From the NCBI GenBank assembly GCA_024137785.1, contig JAHRHZ010000021.1, positions 26,863,321 to 26,927,320 of the forward strand: a stretch of 64,000 bases of DNA, given 5' to 3'. The translations under genes and the position numbers were made by a program. The notes under the pieces are model-generated. The model worked only from the letters and a program-made list of their open reading frames with translations. It did not search any database and was not told where the DNA came from. Shown one piece after another: positions 52,050-64,000 of the stretch. Source of the DNA: Ginglymostoma cirratum (Eukaryota). How positions within the stretch are numbered: the stretch's first letter is position 1; every line of letters starts with the position of its first letter.

Positions 52050-52640
52050 ACAGGAACTGACTGGAAGATGACAATTGTCTCACAGTAACAAGTCCAGTTT
52101 GGGACATCTTACTTTAAGAGGGATATGGAGATCAAGCAGAGGGTGAAGAACAGACTCATCAAGATGATGCAAGAGCAAAGGCTTCAGTTTGGAGGGAACA
52201 GTATGAACTGGTTGCATTAAGCCAAAAGTAAATGTTAAGAGTGAAACTGATAAGAGTTGTTCAAAATTATTACAGGTTTTGATAAATTAAATCAGGAAAA
52301 TCGATTTTGACAGCTCAGTTAATCTGCAGAAGACCAACATTTATATAAGTTGAAGCACAAAAGGGAAAATTTGAAATAACCTGTTATATGCAGAGTTTGT
52401 TTGGAAATGGAACTTATGGTGTAATGAGATTAAATGATGATGTAACTGGTCAAATGACTGATTTCATTAAGAGAGAAGATATCAGTCTAGAATGAGCATG
52501 TCAAGACAGAGGTCTTAGATATTATGTGAGGGAGCTGTATTCAAGAAGCTACTATGTAAATAGAGGAATGTTACAGCACATAAGGAGTTGAACAGCTTTG
52601 CATAGTACAAAGAGCAAATTGGCTCAGGCACAGTGTATGT
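52050..52640 (+). mobile_element. CR1 LINE 3' fragment, very old
   Basis: gtccagtttgggacatcttactttaagagggat resembles VQFWxPYFKKD; also gagttgttcaaaattatt. Confidence 0.5.
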
Positions 52641-52719
52641 GCAGACACTCAGCCCTAGATAATCCAGACACGTACATGCAGGTATTGACAGCAATATTGG
52701 CTTAAAGTACAAAATAAAA

Positions 52720-54560
52720 TATGGTGGCAGTTATGAAAAGAAACCTGCGCCGGTATCTAAACTTAAAGCAAAGTCCAAAGGATTTAGCTGAAAAGTAGCA
52801 TTCCCACAAATCTTCCTACCGCTGAGCAGACTCTGAGATCTATGCAGAATCGGAATTCAAGGCCGTGATCAGTGCACTGACAGTAATTCACAGAACATCA
52901 CAGCAGCTGGGTGCATAGCTGAGAGGAACCACTGCAGAAAACTTAAATCTCAGAAAACAGGCCAAGATCTCAGAAGAGGTCCAAGAGAAAAGTACTGGAA
53001 AAGATGATGCTTGAAGGAAGGGGAAAAGACGTCGGAAAGTCTTTTATTCGAGGGCAATACAGCAGGAAGGCTCTGAAGCTTAGGAAAAAGGAACCTCAGA
53101 AGACTTTACGACCTAGCAACTACAGCATTAAATTGAAAATACATCAATGGAAACACTTCCATACTAAGAAGGAAACATCCAAATGGTCAGTCAGGGACGA
53201 TTGTCTATAGGGATAGTAGGTTCAGTAGACACTTTGTCACTAACTCAACCATTTGATGATTTGAAGGCCCAGCTGAGGCCAAAAGTGAAGGCTCTAGAAG
53301 CAGAAGTTTCCGTGTGCTATAACGGTTTCAGACTTACACGTGAAGGAGCAGCAACATCAACAGCACTTTTTTTATATATTCTGTAGCTCCAATAGCTGAT
53401 AATATTCCAGTAAGATAAACCACAGAACAAAGGACAACAGAGTATGAGGTATTGATTAAAACATTTGACATGTACTTTAGGTCATAAAAAATATAGTTAT
53501 AGAATGGACAAGCTTTTATCCGTGTTCTCAGTTTTTAGGAGAATCAATAGAAGCTTTTATAATGGATTTATGTCATCAGGCAGAATATTGCAGTCTCATG
53601 GCATTGAAACGTAAATTAATTAGAGGCTATATAGTAGTGAGAAGTTGTCAGATTTCCCTCATTCTAAGGAGGCCTTGACACCCGAACAGTGACAATCTAA
53701 TTCACAGCACAGACAGAAATCAGAGTCCAAAATCAATTAGTGCTGCAGGGAAACAATGGGGATTCTTCTGGCAATAGGTGGGTGGGTAGACCCCAAAATG
53801 GTGCTGTCACCATCCTGTAAATCTGCCAAAACATCACAGTGTAAATTGACATCATCAGTTAACAGCACTTTCACCAGCTCAAAAACACAGAAATGGGCCT
53901 GCAAAAGGCAAATTTCCATAAAATGGTAAACATGCAACAAGAAAAAAGTTCAACAAGTTAATGATACAGAACAATATGTGTAGGCAACATTTCAAGTTGA
54001 GGTCAAAGAAAGTCAATACTGATTCTAGACCATCAATTTGAAGGCACTCGGCTTTGAAACAAAATTTAAACTTGATGCAGGAGCAGCTGTTTCAATATCG
54101 ACAGTTAGTTTGCCATGGCTGAAGTCTGTGAGTCAGGCCAGCACGTATAAAATCCTAAAGTCCAGGAAAAACAAAAGAAATATTCAGGATCAGGAAGAAA
54201 TTCACCATTTTTGAGCCAAAAAGTGCAACTGCATATGATTTTCACAGGATGCAGATAAAGCCATGCCTAAAATATATCAACCAAAGTACAGAATGGTGCA
54301 ACTATTCGAGTCAAGACACAACACCAAACACCCCAGTGTTAAACTCAAGCAAACCAAATGTTAATCATTATAAAAACTTAGTAAGTAAGTATAAGTAATG
54401 TACTGGAATAAAGTAGACCAAAGGTGAGAAACTTAGGGGAAAATGTGGAATGCTCAGAGTCCTGTAAATGATTACTTGACTCTGACAGCAAGGGAGAAGA
54501 TACCATCGTAGAATAAGCATGTAAAGTGACAGGTCTAAGACAACTTGCTTTGCACAAATG
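52720..54560 (+). mobile_element. Decayed Ty3/Gypsy internal region (gag-protease remnant)
   Basis: tttaaacttgatgcaggagcagctgtttca (about 54065-54095) gives FKLDAGAAVS, resembling the aspartic protease motif FKLDTGA. A PBS-like tggtggcag lies at 52722. Confidence 0.5.
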
Positions 54561-55089
54561 AAAATAATGACTGTGATGAAGGTTCATATTATATCATTAT
54601 TGCTTGGGAACTTGGATTTGAAGGTGAAGAAATGATATATAGCTTTAAGTTTGTTTTGTGCATGTTAAGAAAGGAAGGACATAATTTCAGTTCCAGTTCA
54701 GAGTTCTGTTAGTAGTGATGGGCTGTCTGGGAGTTTTGCTTTTAAACTGTATTTAAATGACCTTTTTTTTTTACATCCTTGAGGTTCAGTGCATTAGAAA
54801 CAGTTGTAGAAGCCAGGAAGAAAACTAGGCTATTGCCCAGCACCAAGATGTTCTATGAAACAAGGAGACAGAGACAAAAACAAATTCATTAAGAAAGATG
54901 GTGTACCTTTCACCTAGAATACGGTAATTCAGATAGAAACTACCTATAACAGTATCAGTGTTGTTTAGCAGTCTCCAAAATAGTCAGGGTAGAAGAAACA
55001 TCCTGAGTGGTTTATAAGTCAGTGAGTAGAAAGCTCCAGTAACCAATTACAGTTCTGCCTACTAACCAAAGAACTTGAATGAATATATA

Positions 55090-55630
55090 ATAAATCACTG
55101 AGGCTTTTTATCCCTTGCTCATCAGAATGAAGGCACAAGAAACTGAAAAGGAGACACCATTTTGTACAGCATGAGCAGAGGGTGCTAATTGTTTGGACCA
55201 TAATTGGCATGAAGGTGCTGCAAGAACAGTTAATGGTCAAATTTAATTCTCAGACCAGGAGGTAGATTCTGATGGGTCAGGCCATTGCCATAGGATACAA
55301 GTTTGTCTGCTGCCATTAATATATTTTTGAGAGAGGTGCAATGTATATACAAATTCCTTCTGCCTACATAAAGCAGGGCCCTGAGTAATTATGTGGCTTT
55401 GAGCACATGCAAATGATTCACACTGCGAGCCCAACTGATGATCTCAAACTGGTTTACAGTGTAACTCTTGGCACAGTCTGGCTTATTTAATAAATGATTT
55501 CCAATAGCAGAATCACATCTGATGGGTGATACACTTCTCTGAAATTTGCAAGCAATGGCCGGTTGAGCATGAATAGTGTGAAGCCAACTACAAATGGCTA
55601 AGAGGACATCTTGTCTGATACAGTTCTTGT
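55090..55630 (-). mobile_element. Penelope-like element: GIY-YIG endonuclease C-terminus and 3' region
   Basis: ORFs 55389-55646 and 55243-55434 join by a frameshift to give DSAIGNHLLNKPDCAKSY..QFEII..ARSVNHLHVLKA..ITQGPALCRQKEFVYTL, resembling the PLE endonuclease tail (SAIxxH..F.IL..LEAxYI..PxL). Confidence 0.8.
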
Positions 55631-55769
55631 TGCATCTCCAAGCCAATGATGCCCCAACTGATCATCTAATGCTGTATGAAACGGCGTCTCTTACGTCTAT
55701 TTGTTATATCCCACTTCCGATGGGTGCAAGACAAAAATGTTCAATTTCTAGTCTTCTTTTGGAAATGGT

Positions 55770-56140
55770 TATAAACAAAAATATCACTGCATACACTCAG
55801 TAGGTCTGGCAGCATTTATGGGAGAGTTAGTGCTTCAGATCAACAGCCTCTCTTCAAAACTGGAAAACGTTAGAAATACATCATGGGTTAACAAAGTAAT
55901 GAGGTTGGAAAGGATGGGGTGGAAGTGTGGAAAATGAAAGGGAATTTCTGCGATAGAGTGGAAAGCAGGACAAATTAAATGACAATCCAACCATTGAATA
56001 GACAGTGGAAGACAGAAAAAGATGTTAACATCACAGATAAAAAAACAAAAGATGAGAAGTGGAAATGAGAACATCAGTAATATTGCAAAGAGCTGCCATC
56101 TAAAAATGGGACAATTGTCATGATAGAAGCAACTCATCAA
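55770..56140 (-). mobile_element. Old PLE terminal region with a decayed hammerhead-like segment and purine-rich body
   Basis: actcagtaggtctggcagcatttatgggagagtta...tcttcaaaactg is homologous to 20545-20649. Confidence 0.6.
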
Positions 56141-56417
56141 AAAGGCCAAATTTATGATTAAATTTGAGATTTAATTTCCACCTTCAATCTACTTTCTAGA
56201 ATTGTGTACAGAAATAAAAATCTTGAATATTCAAGTTACTCGAATAAGGAAACCAATAATTCAGGAATACTTCAATGACAAAAGAATTATGTACATTCTG
56301 CATTAATGTGGGATTATTTAAAACACCAGTCTGCATTCTGATAACAGTTGCTTTACAAAATGAGAATAAAATTATACACACTTTGAATTCAGCTGGGCCA
56401 ACTGACCCACCAGATAT

Positions 56418-56985
56418 TGGCACTGGCTCAGTAGTAGCACTCAGAATTTTTTTTGGTAGTGGGTTCAAGCCCCACTCTAGATACTGGAGTACGTGATCTA
56501 GGATGGGACCCTATACAACACAAAGGGAGCACTGCTATGCTGGATGCAATTTTCTCTGTAGTTTTTCTTCGCAGTGCATGATATCTTTCTTCCAGTACTG
56601 TAGAGATTGCTGCTTCATCATTCAGTTTAGAGCGAACATTGTTGGTGCAATCTTTCAGACTATGTGTTGATCACGATCCCTCCTATTCTCACAGGTGGAT
56701 GTAATATTCTACAGCCTGATTCAAGGGAAATCTGTGAAGTCTTCCCTCATCCAAATGCACAAAACAGATGATTTAGTACTTTATTTCATTTATTTGTGTT
56801 TGCAGCCCACAGTACAAACAGATACATAAATGGCTGGAATGTGTGGTGAGCTACATAAATGCAATTCTTACTTTCCTTCTTTAAGATACTTTGTAACACT
56901 TCAAAAAATACTTAATTAAGTGCTAAAGTACTTTGAAATGTCTGGTGGTTGTGAAAAGAACTGCATAAAGTCAAGTTGGTCTTTC
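56418..56985 (+). mobile_element. tRNA-derived SINE with L2-like tail (Deu-SINE/SacSINE1-like), interrupted
   Basis: tggctcagtagtagcactc, gtgggttcaagccccactc, ctcacaggtggatgtaa and tail aagtactttgaaatgtctggtggttgtgaaaag. Confidence 0.6.
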
Positions 56986-57434
56986 TTTCCTCTACTTCTA
57001 CTTTGCTTCCAGTAATGTTTATCTTTCTTCCAGATTCAAATTCACAAAAGACCACACCATTATCCTCTGAAAATCAAGGCTACAACTTTCCTGCACTCTG
57101 AATATCCCTGTACATTCCAACCATCACTGATTCCCTATAACCTTCAATGCACCAGTTTAAAAATCCTCCCTTTGTTTACAAGTCCTGCCACTTTCATCTA
57201 ATGCCATGCCCTCTGCAATTTCCTTCAATACTATCTTCTAGCTTGTTCTTCTACACCTGACTTCTGCAAATTTCTGATTCTTGCCCTCCATTATCGTGGT
57301 TGCCCACTTCACTGACATTCTGCCTCTTAAAACCTCAGTCTTTCTACCTTCCCCCAGCTTCCAAACCTTATGTTTCAATCATATATGTGGTCATCAATCC
57401 TGACAGTTTTGCCTGCAATTGATAGCTATTTACT

Positions 57435-57609
57435 TTTCTCAATGAGAAAGCAACCTATGGTACGGTAGGACTGGTGCCTTTCCTCAGCAAAGGGCCTAGA
57501 TATATGCAGTTATGTTAAGGCTTTCTCAATGAGAAAGCGACCTATGGTACGGTAGGACTACGGTGTCTTTCCTCAGCAAAGTGCCTAGATATATGCAGCT
57601 ATGTTAAGG
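57435..57609. repeat. Tandem duplication of a ~87-bp unit
   Basis: Two copies of tttctcaatgagaaagc...atgttaagg differing by a few substitutions and one short indel. Confidence 0.95.
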
Positions 57610-60439
57610 TTTTATATATACACTATACTTTTTATATATATGTGCAATTTGTTGAAATTATTAGGAAAACAGTAGAATACAAAGTCTTTGCTTCCCTGCC
57701 ATCCCTCTTCACCCATTCCTCCATCCCAATATCCCAAATTTATATCTCAACTATTTTTTTATTTGAAGATTAATTAAATTGAGAATAGTTTAAGTTGTTT
57801 CCAGAAGCTTCTGATAAAACGAAAAGACTCTGCTCGTACAACAATAATGCACTCATCAACTTTACAACAGGATTGCCTGCATTCCAACATGACAATACAG
57901 AGGAAAATTAATAAATTTTAAATTTGCTGTCCCGACAAGTGGGTACTGCCTGTAAAATTACAAAACATACATGTTGATATCATTATACACTGAACAAGCA
58001 TGTAACTAAATGGAGTAGACTGAACCTGGAAGGCAAGTCAGGGGTATTGAATAATCTGCAGGCTAACAAAAAGTTTTCTGAATGCAAAATCTAACTAAAT
58101 GCATTTTGGCTTTTAAAGCTTGCTCCTGGTTATTTCCCCAATAAAATTTCAATCTGCAATTGTTCTTAATCAGAACGTTAGCTACTACTAAATAAATGTA
58201 TTACATCATGTAATATCACACAGCAGCTGTTCCACTGATCCAAATTGATCAAGTTTTAAAATATGTAAATATTTTTAAAAATCTCTGCAATAAACCACAC
58301 AATAATTTTGATCTTCCTTTAGACGTAATATGAAATGCTATTTAACTACAATATACAAGATACTCTTGCAAGATATAGAAAATTGTTCACTGCCAAAATT
58401 ACATTTGTCAATTTTAAGGGCATCAAAAAATTGTAATGCCTTAGTCATTGAGTGTCTGGCTGGAGATTAATTATTTTTGTTTTTTGGTTATGTATTTGCC
58501 CTCCATCTGAAATTACAAGTTAACATGCATTAAGGCCAATCACACAGATTTATTGTAGGTAAGTGTTTTAGAGTTTTATCATGAACAAGCAACAGAAGAA
58601 GCAACATTAATCACTGGTATCGAAATGCAAGGCTATAAACTAAACTGAATTAGTGTAATGGTTTTACATTTTCAGATACATAAACCAGTAGTCACACAGT
58701 AATAATGAAACAACTACTAAACACTTAGCAAACTATTACCTTTGGGTTACATGTACACCAAATATATTCTCATGCCCAGATTTTCATCCTCAAGGCAGGA
58801 ATCGTAAGTTGGACCATTTCTCAACCTCATGATCCCATCTCTTGCTTGACAGTGACTGCCCAAACTTCTTTCATCACGAGATGACAGAGATAGGCTGGAG
58901 CCACTGCTGTCTTCCTTGCAAAGCAGGATGGAGGCAGAAATGGAGAAGGACAAATGTCAAGGTAGACAAGTTAGAAGGTTCACCCCGGTTCCCTTGTTTA
59001 GCTGACCAGGCTTGTAGCCGAGTGTGAGGCACCATAGCCCCTTATCCATCATGGAGAACCTCATCAATCTACAGCCAATGCCTACTCACCACCATAACTC
59101 CATGCCCAAGATTCCACATTGTGTAGAATTCTTGAGCACCTTATAACAATAACAGAAAGTCATTGAGATGTTTGTGAAGCTGTCAAAATAAAGTCCTTCA
59201 CAAACCACTTCAGCCACATGAAGAGATTAATTTACCAGAGAAACTGACATCAGAAAATTTGAACATTAATATTAATCAATACTGATCAATTTAATGGTCA
59301 CTCATCTCTTCCTAACAAAGCTCTATTACTAATCACTATTTTTAAAACACATCTGACATATCATGTACCATAACAAAATGACATTTCGAGTTGTCAACAC
59401 TATTTGAAATTAGCTGACAAAAGGGTTCTTGATTTCAGACTAGGCTTCCCCCATGGTTCATTACTCCTCTGAGATACTGTGATTCACACCTTATGCCAAA
59501 ATGGGCCTGATTCCGCGAAAGATAGCTGGAGGCCTAAAACACCAAGCCCTGTAATGGAGTCATCGAGAGTAGGAGTGCCGCTAAAAATGAGACATAGCAG
59601 GAATAGGTGCAGATTTGTCAGAATCAGAGCCTACCTAACATTTTTAGTGCCTACTGTACTGACACAAACAGCTGCATGAAAATATGATGCTTAGTTATTC
59701 CGTCCAAATTAACTCCAAAAGTAAATTCAGTTCATGGGGTTTTATCCAAGCTCCAGCAGACAGACACAGTCTGTAAAATGAAACAGCCCATGAAAGAACA
59801 GCAGTTGAAAATCTTCCAAAAGAGAGGGGCCATGAGGCTGATTCACACAGTTAAGTAATTACTACGCCTTGAGATTTTGGTCATGCACTCCCCCACATCA
59901 TAAACGGGCACATGGAAAAGTAGAGACCTGGCACCACGACAGGACAAAAATGTAAAAACATGTCATTCGGTAAACAGCAATGAAACATTAAAAATAAATG
60001 AGTCTTTAACAATTTAATATCCAACAAGAAGAATAATTATGCACCTTTTAGGTTGGTGTTATCTCACGTGTGATATTAATCCAAATCTTGATTAGCAGAT
60101 CTGATATCTAACATTACACATTGAAGTCACAGTTAGAAAGATGGGCGAAAGCATTTTCTTGATGCTGTGCTCAACTTCCTGCAGCAGCGCTATTTTCCCC
60201 TCAAATAAGATTCTCTACTTATGTACCTTTGTACCGAAGATGGCCCTCAAAATGGCAACTTGTAAACTTTTTACTGGACCCATGTGAATACATGCGACAA
60301 TAAAACTAATTCTAATTTTAATTTTAAAATCTTCAGATTGTTTGATGGCACAGATTTTTCCTTTTTGATCTCTCCAGGCTGGTTTCTTTTAGCCCCATGT
60401 AATCCGGTCCAATCTGCAGGCTCTGACACTGGCTTTTCT

Positions 60440-60700
60440 AAATAGCTTTGCACCTAAATTGGAGACTCCTGAGCAGCAGGGTTCTGCGTTCAGCCAGTTA
60501 TAAAATACCTTTGCTATGTGGGAATCCTCTACATGAACCTACAGTCAATCCAGCATGTTGGGGCTCTGATTAGCCTGCACTCGACATCAGAGATGCGGCT
60601 TCTACAGCATTCAGGATTTTGTCCTGCCATTTGATGTTGTAGATAGAACTTAAGCAGTGATAGTGGAATGCATTCAAAAACATTCTTGGACTTTATCATT
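60440..60700 (-). mobile_element. RTE-clade LINE ORF C-terminal fragment
   Basis: Minus strand gives LNAFHYHCLSSIYNIKWQDKI, then HV..IAKVFY-like sequence, matching RTE LNxFHxRCLRxILxIxWQDK. Confidence 0.75.
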
Positions 60701-61619
60701 CAGGGTCCGTCAGATATCACAGAGATCATTCCATTCTCCATCCCATCAACAGTGAGTGTTCAGATCAGAATTCAGAACATTGATTGAGTCTTTACAAAAC
60801 TTTCTCCCATCAGGAACCAATCACAACAATTCCGTCCATTACAACATGGTGTTCTATTTGACAAATAAATTCCACCTAAAAGTGTATGTCTGTATTTTTA
60901 AAGAATGATTTGCAATAATTATTACTGTAATCATATTGCAGAAACCTACCTTTTTACAATAATATTTTAATGGTGTGTGCATGTGTGTGGGTGCGCTGTG
61001 TTTGCTTTTTGAAAACATTTCTTGAACAACAGCGGAATGGTCTTAAACTGTACTGGAGCAACGCCGTTTAGTTTTTAGGTCAGCTGGAAACCTGCTCGTC
61101 TTCAAATGCAAAACGTTGGACTCAAGTGTTGTAGACTGGCCCATTCCAAGGTCTAGTCCCATGTGCTGTGGGACACAACAAAGCTTGAATCAAGCTGCGA
61201 AGGAGGCACAATGGGGAAAGGTCACTATCAATCGCCTTTCAGTCAAAGTGAACTGAGAGACAGAAAACTGTAGAAACCCTTCACGCTGTATGCCTTACAA
61301 AGAATGAACGTTGTAAATAAAATGTATTAAAATATATTGAAGTGTTTCAGATTAGAACATTTTTTATAGAGAAAAATTCTATATCTATTGCACTTTCTGT
61401 ATTTTACAATTTGAAAAGATTTTACCTTCAAGTTGTACACCTTCTAGAACATAATGTGTAAATGTGACCTGATATGGTATCTAAGTATTAAGTCTATTAC
61501 TATCCTTTTAAATGGAACATGCTGTAAGGGGTCGAGTTGAAGAGAATTACAAATTCTGAATGATTCAATTTTATATGCTTTGTATTATTTATTTTTACAA
61601 ACTTTATAAAATAAAGTAT

Positions 61620-62115
61620 ATCATGGCTGATCTATTTGTATTCCAAATTCCATATTCTCATCTATCCCTGATAACCTTCAATTCTTTTGTCCAACAAGCA
61701 CCCATCTACCTCCCTCTTAAAAGTATTCAATGACGCCAGCTTAACTGCCCCCCAGGTTACACATTCTACTGAAGGAAAAAAATTCACTCCTCTCCATCTT
61801 AAAAGTGTGACTCCTAATTTTAAAACAGTGTCCCCTTATTCTGGACTCATCCACAAGTGGAAACATCCTTTCCACATCCCCTTGTCAAGAGGTTCAGGAT
61901 CTTATAAACTTAAACTAAATTACCCCTCATTCTTCTAAACTCCAGTGAAAACAAGCTCAGCATGTTGACTTTTTCACCATAAGAAAATTGGCTCGTCCCA
62001 ACTATCAGTCCAGTGAACCTCTTCTGAACTGCCTCCAATGCATTTACATCCTTCCTTCCAAACTTCACACTGTATTCAAGATGTGGCACCATCAGTGCCC
62101 TATATATCTGAAGCA
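61620..62115 (-). mobile_element. CR1 LINE 3' fragment
   Basis: ORF 61910-62092 reads PHLEYSVKF.RKDVNALEAVQKRFT..LFSLEFRRMRGNLV. Confidence 0.9.
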
Positions 62116-64000
62116 GTTTTCTATCATCTTCTTAACACACTACACTTCAAAAACCCGCACCATCACAGATTGCCTATGGAAATTCAAAAGTCTGAACCAA
62201 TTTCCCAGACTAAAAAATTCATGTAAATTTCACATGGTGTGCAGAAAAACAAATCACTAATAATTTCAAATGTCACCTCCAAAACGAAGTAAGTAGCATC
62301 ATACGTCCATGTTCAAACTATTTTGTTTTAATGTGTATGCTGTCAACGGTATACATAAGGGTCAAGTCAAAATGCTAAATATTACTTTACAAATTATATT
62401 TTCATTAATTAGCTACATTCATCATTTGTTACACTTTAGATACCACTTAGGTGTATGGAGAGATCAACATTAAAATTACTTACGGCCATTTTTGAAATTT
62501 AAATCATTTTTAAACTAAAACTGTAACTCCATGCAAGTTTAAAAAATTACAATTCAAATACATAGCTTTGAAAGACAAAATTTAGGATTCCATTGCAATT
62601 TACAGTTTTTAAAAGGAATCATCTATTTTGCTTAATAATCTGAACACAATCCTATCCCATGAGTGTGTTGTTATTTGCTCCAAAAAAGAGCAGTAAACCC
62701 TTCAACTTATCTACTTTTTGTAATTTGAGGTCAAAAGGTAACATGCAAATAAATCTGACGCATTGGTCCCCACACTACAGCTCATCATAGAAACATCAGC
62801 TGTGTGAATGATGGGGAATATGTGCTATTTGTGCACCACTTTGTAGTCTGGACACCATTGAAAAAAGAAGAGCCTGACAAGAGCTAAAGCAGTTCCATCA
62901 CTCTACGACAAGGTAGATTTATCTTTCAAAAACATAGTAGGTTGTTAGTGATAGGATCTGTACATATTCAATACAGCTGCAAACCAAATAAACGAAGAAA
63001 CACCTTCAATAAATAACACATTGCAATATCAGTTTGCCTGTCATTTTTCTTTTTTGATTTTTCTTTAAAGGCCAAAGTGCATTTTCCACTGCAGAAATAT
63101 TTGCAAAAACAACTGAACTAAACCAATGATTCTAGTCACTAATAAGAATTTCAACAAAAGACACCTATTTTAGTGGACACACTCTAACCTGCAACAATAT
63201 GAAATTAGCAAAATAGTATTTAAATCAGGTGATTTCAACATCTATTTAAGCATATCTGCTTTTTAAAAATCACGGTATTTTTAGCAATTTTACTTCACAG
63301 TTAATGATGTACACATTGCCTCAATCCATTCTTTTATCAAAGCAGCTAATCTATCTGCAGTTGACAGCTAACAGCATATGATCTCGTAAACAAATACTTT
63401 CACATAGTATAAAAGTGCTATTAAAGCCAAAACTGTCAGCACAAATCTAATCTCCACAAAAGAAAAAATATAAACTGTTGATCACCTCTCACAACCCTAA
63501 CTAACATGGAGGTTGTCATGGAAACACTTCAGCAAAGCTCTCTTTCGATAAATACTTCTAACTTAATTACTATTAGGCTTAGAAAAGCACTGTTTAATCA
63601 GACAATTGGAGACAGTGGAACTACTGTAACATTTTAAATGAGCTGTCTACAGAAATCATTTAATTTTTCCCCCAAATATTTGGTGATAACTACATAAATA
63701 CATATACATACGTTAATTAGAAGAATTGAAACGAAGAATGAGTTTCCTGACCTCTTTGTTGTGAATTCGAATGTTAAAAGTTATGAAAAAAACATTACTT
63801 GTGACTTAGGGGAATAAACATAGAGGAAGAAAAACACAATTGTATACTGCACTTCAACCTCATAGCAGACAGTAAGCAACTCTTCTCTAGTGTGAAAGTT
63901 ATCACATGTGATCCTCCTCCTCTATTCCTCCCCCTCTCTATCCTTACAAAGTGTGTGTTCATTTCCAGGCTTATAATTGAACTGGTTACAACTTGGCAGA

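Noticed and set aside
57435-57609. CRISPR-like array
   Set aside because: Only two long adjacent units, no spacers, and a eukaryotic context.

Overview
Eukaryotic, AT-rich, repeat-dense sequence with two assembly gaps and no long intact ORF. The repeats (HE1-like V-SINEs, CR1, L2, RTE, Penelope-derived termini) point to a cartilaginous fish, probably a shark; this is an inference. Most of the window looks intronic or intergenic. It holds decayed LINEs, several tRNA-derived SINE families, Ty3/Gypsy remnants, several decayed Harbinger-like transposases and a Penelope-like (PLE) GIY-YIG fragment. A few unnamed candidate exons lie mostly on the minus strand. The most striking signal is nine copies of a 100-230 bp non-coding element, most carrying an intact or decayed minimal type I hammerhead-ribozyme-like core: CUGANGA-A-stem II-GAAA-CG-UH. 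Stem II is kept while its loop varies between subfamilies. Three copies are head-to-head palindromes and two are flanked by exact 16-bp and 11-bp direct repeats, consistent with a non-autonomous, ribozyme-bearing, PLE-derived retroposon. All family names come from motif recognition by eye, not from database searches, and repeat boundaries are approximate.
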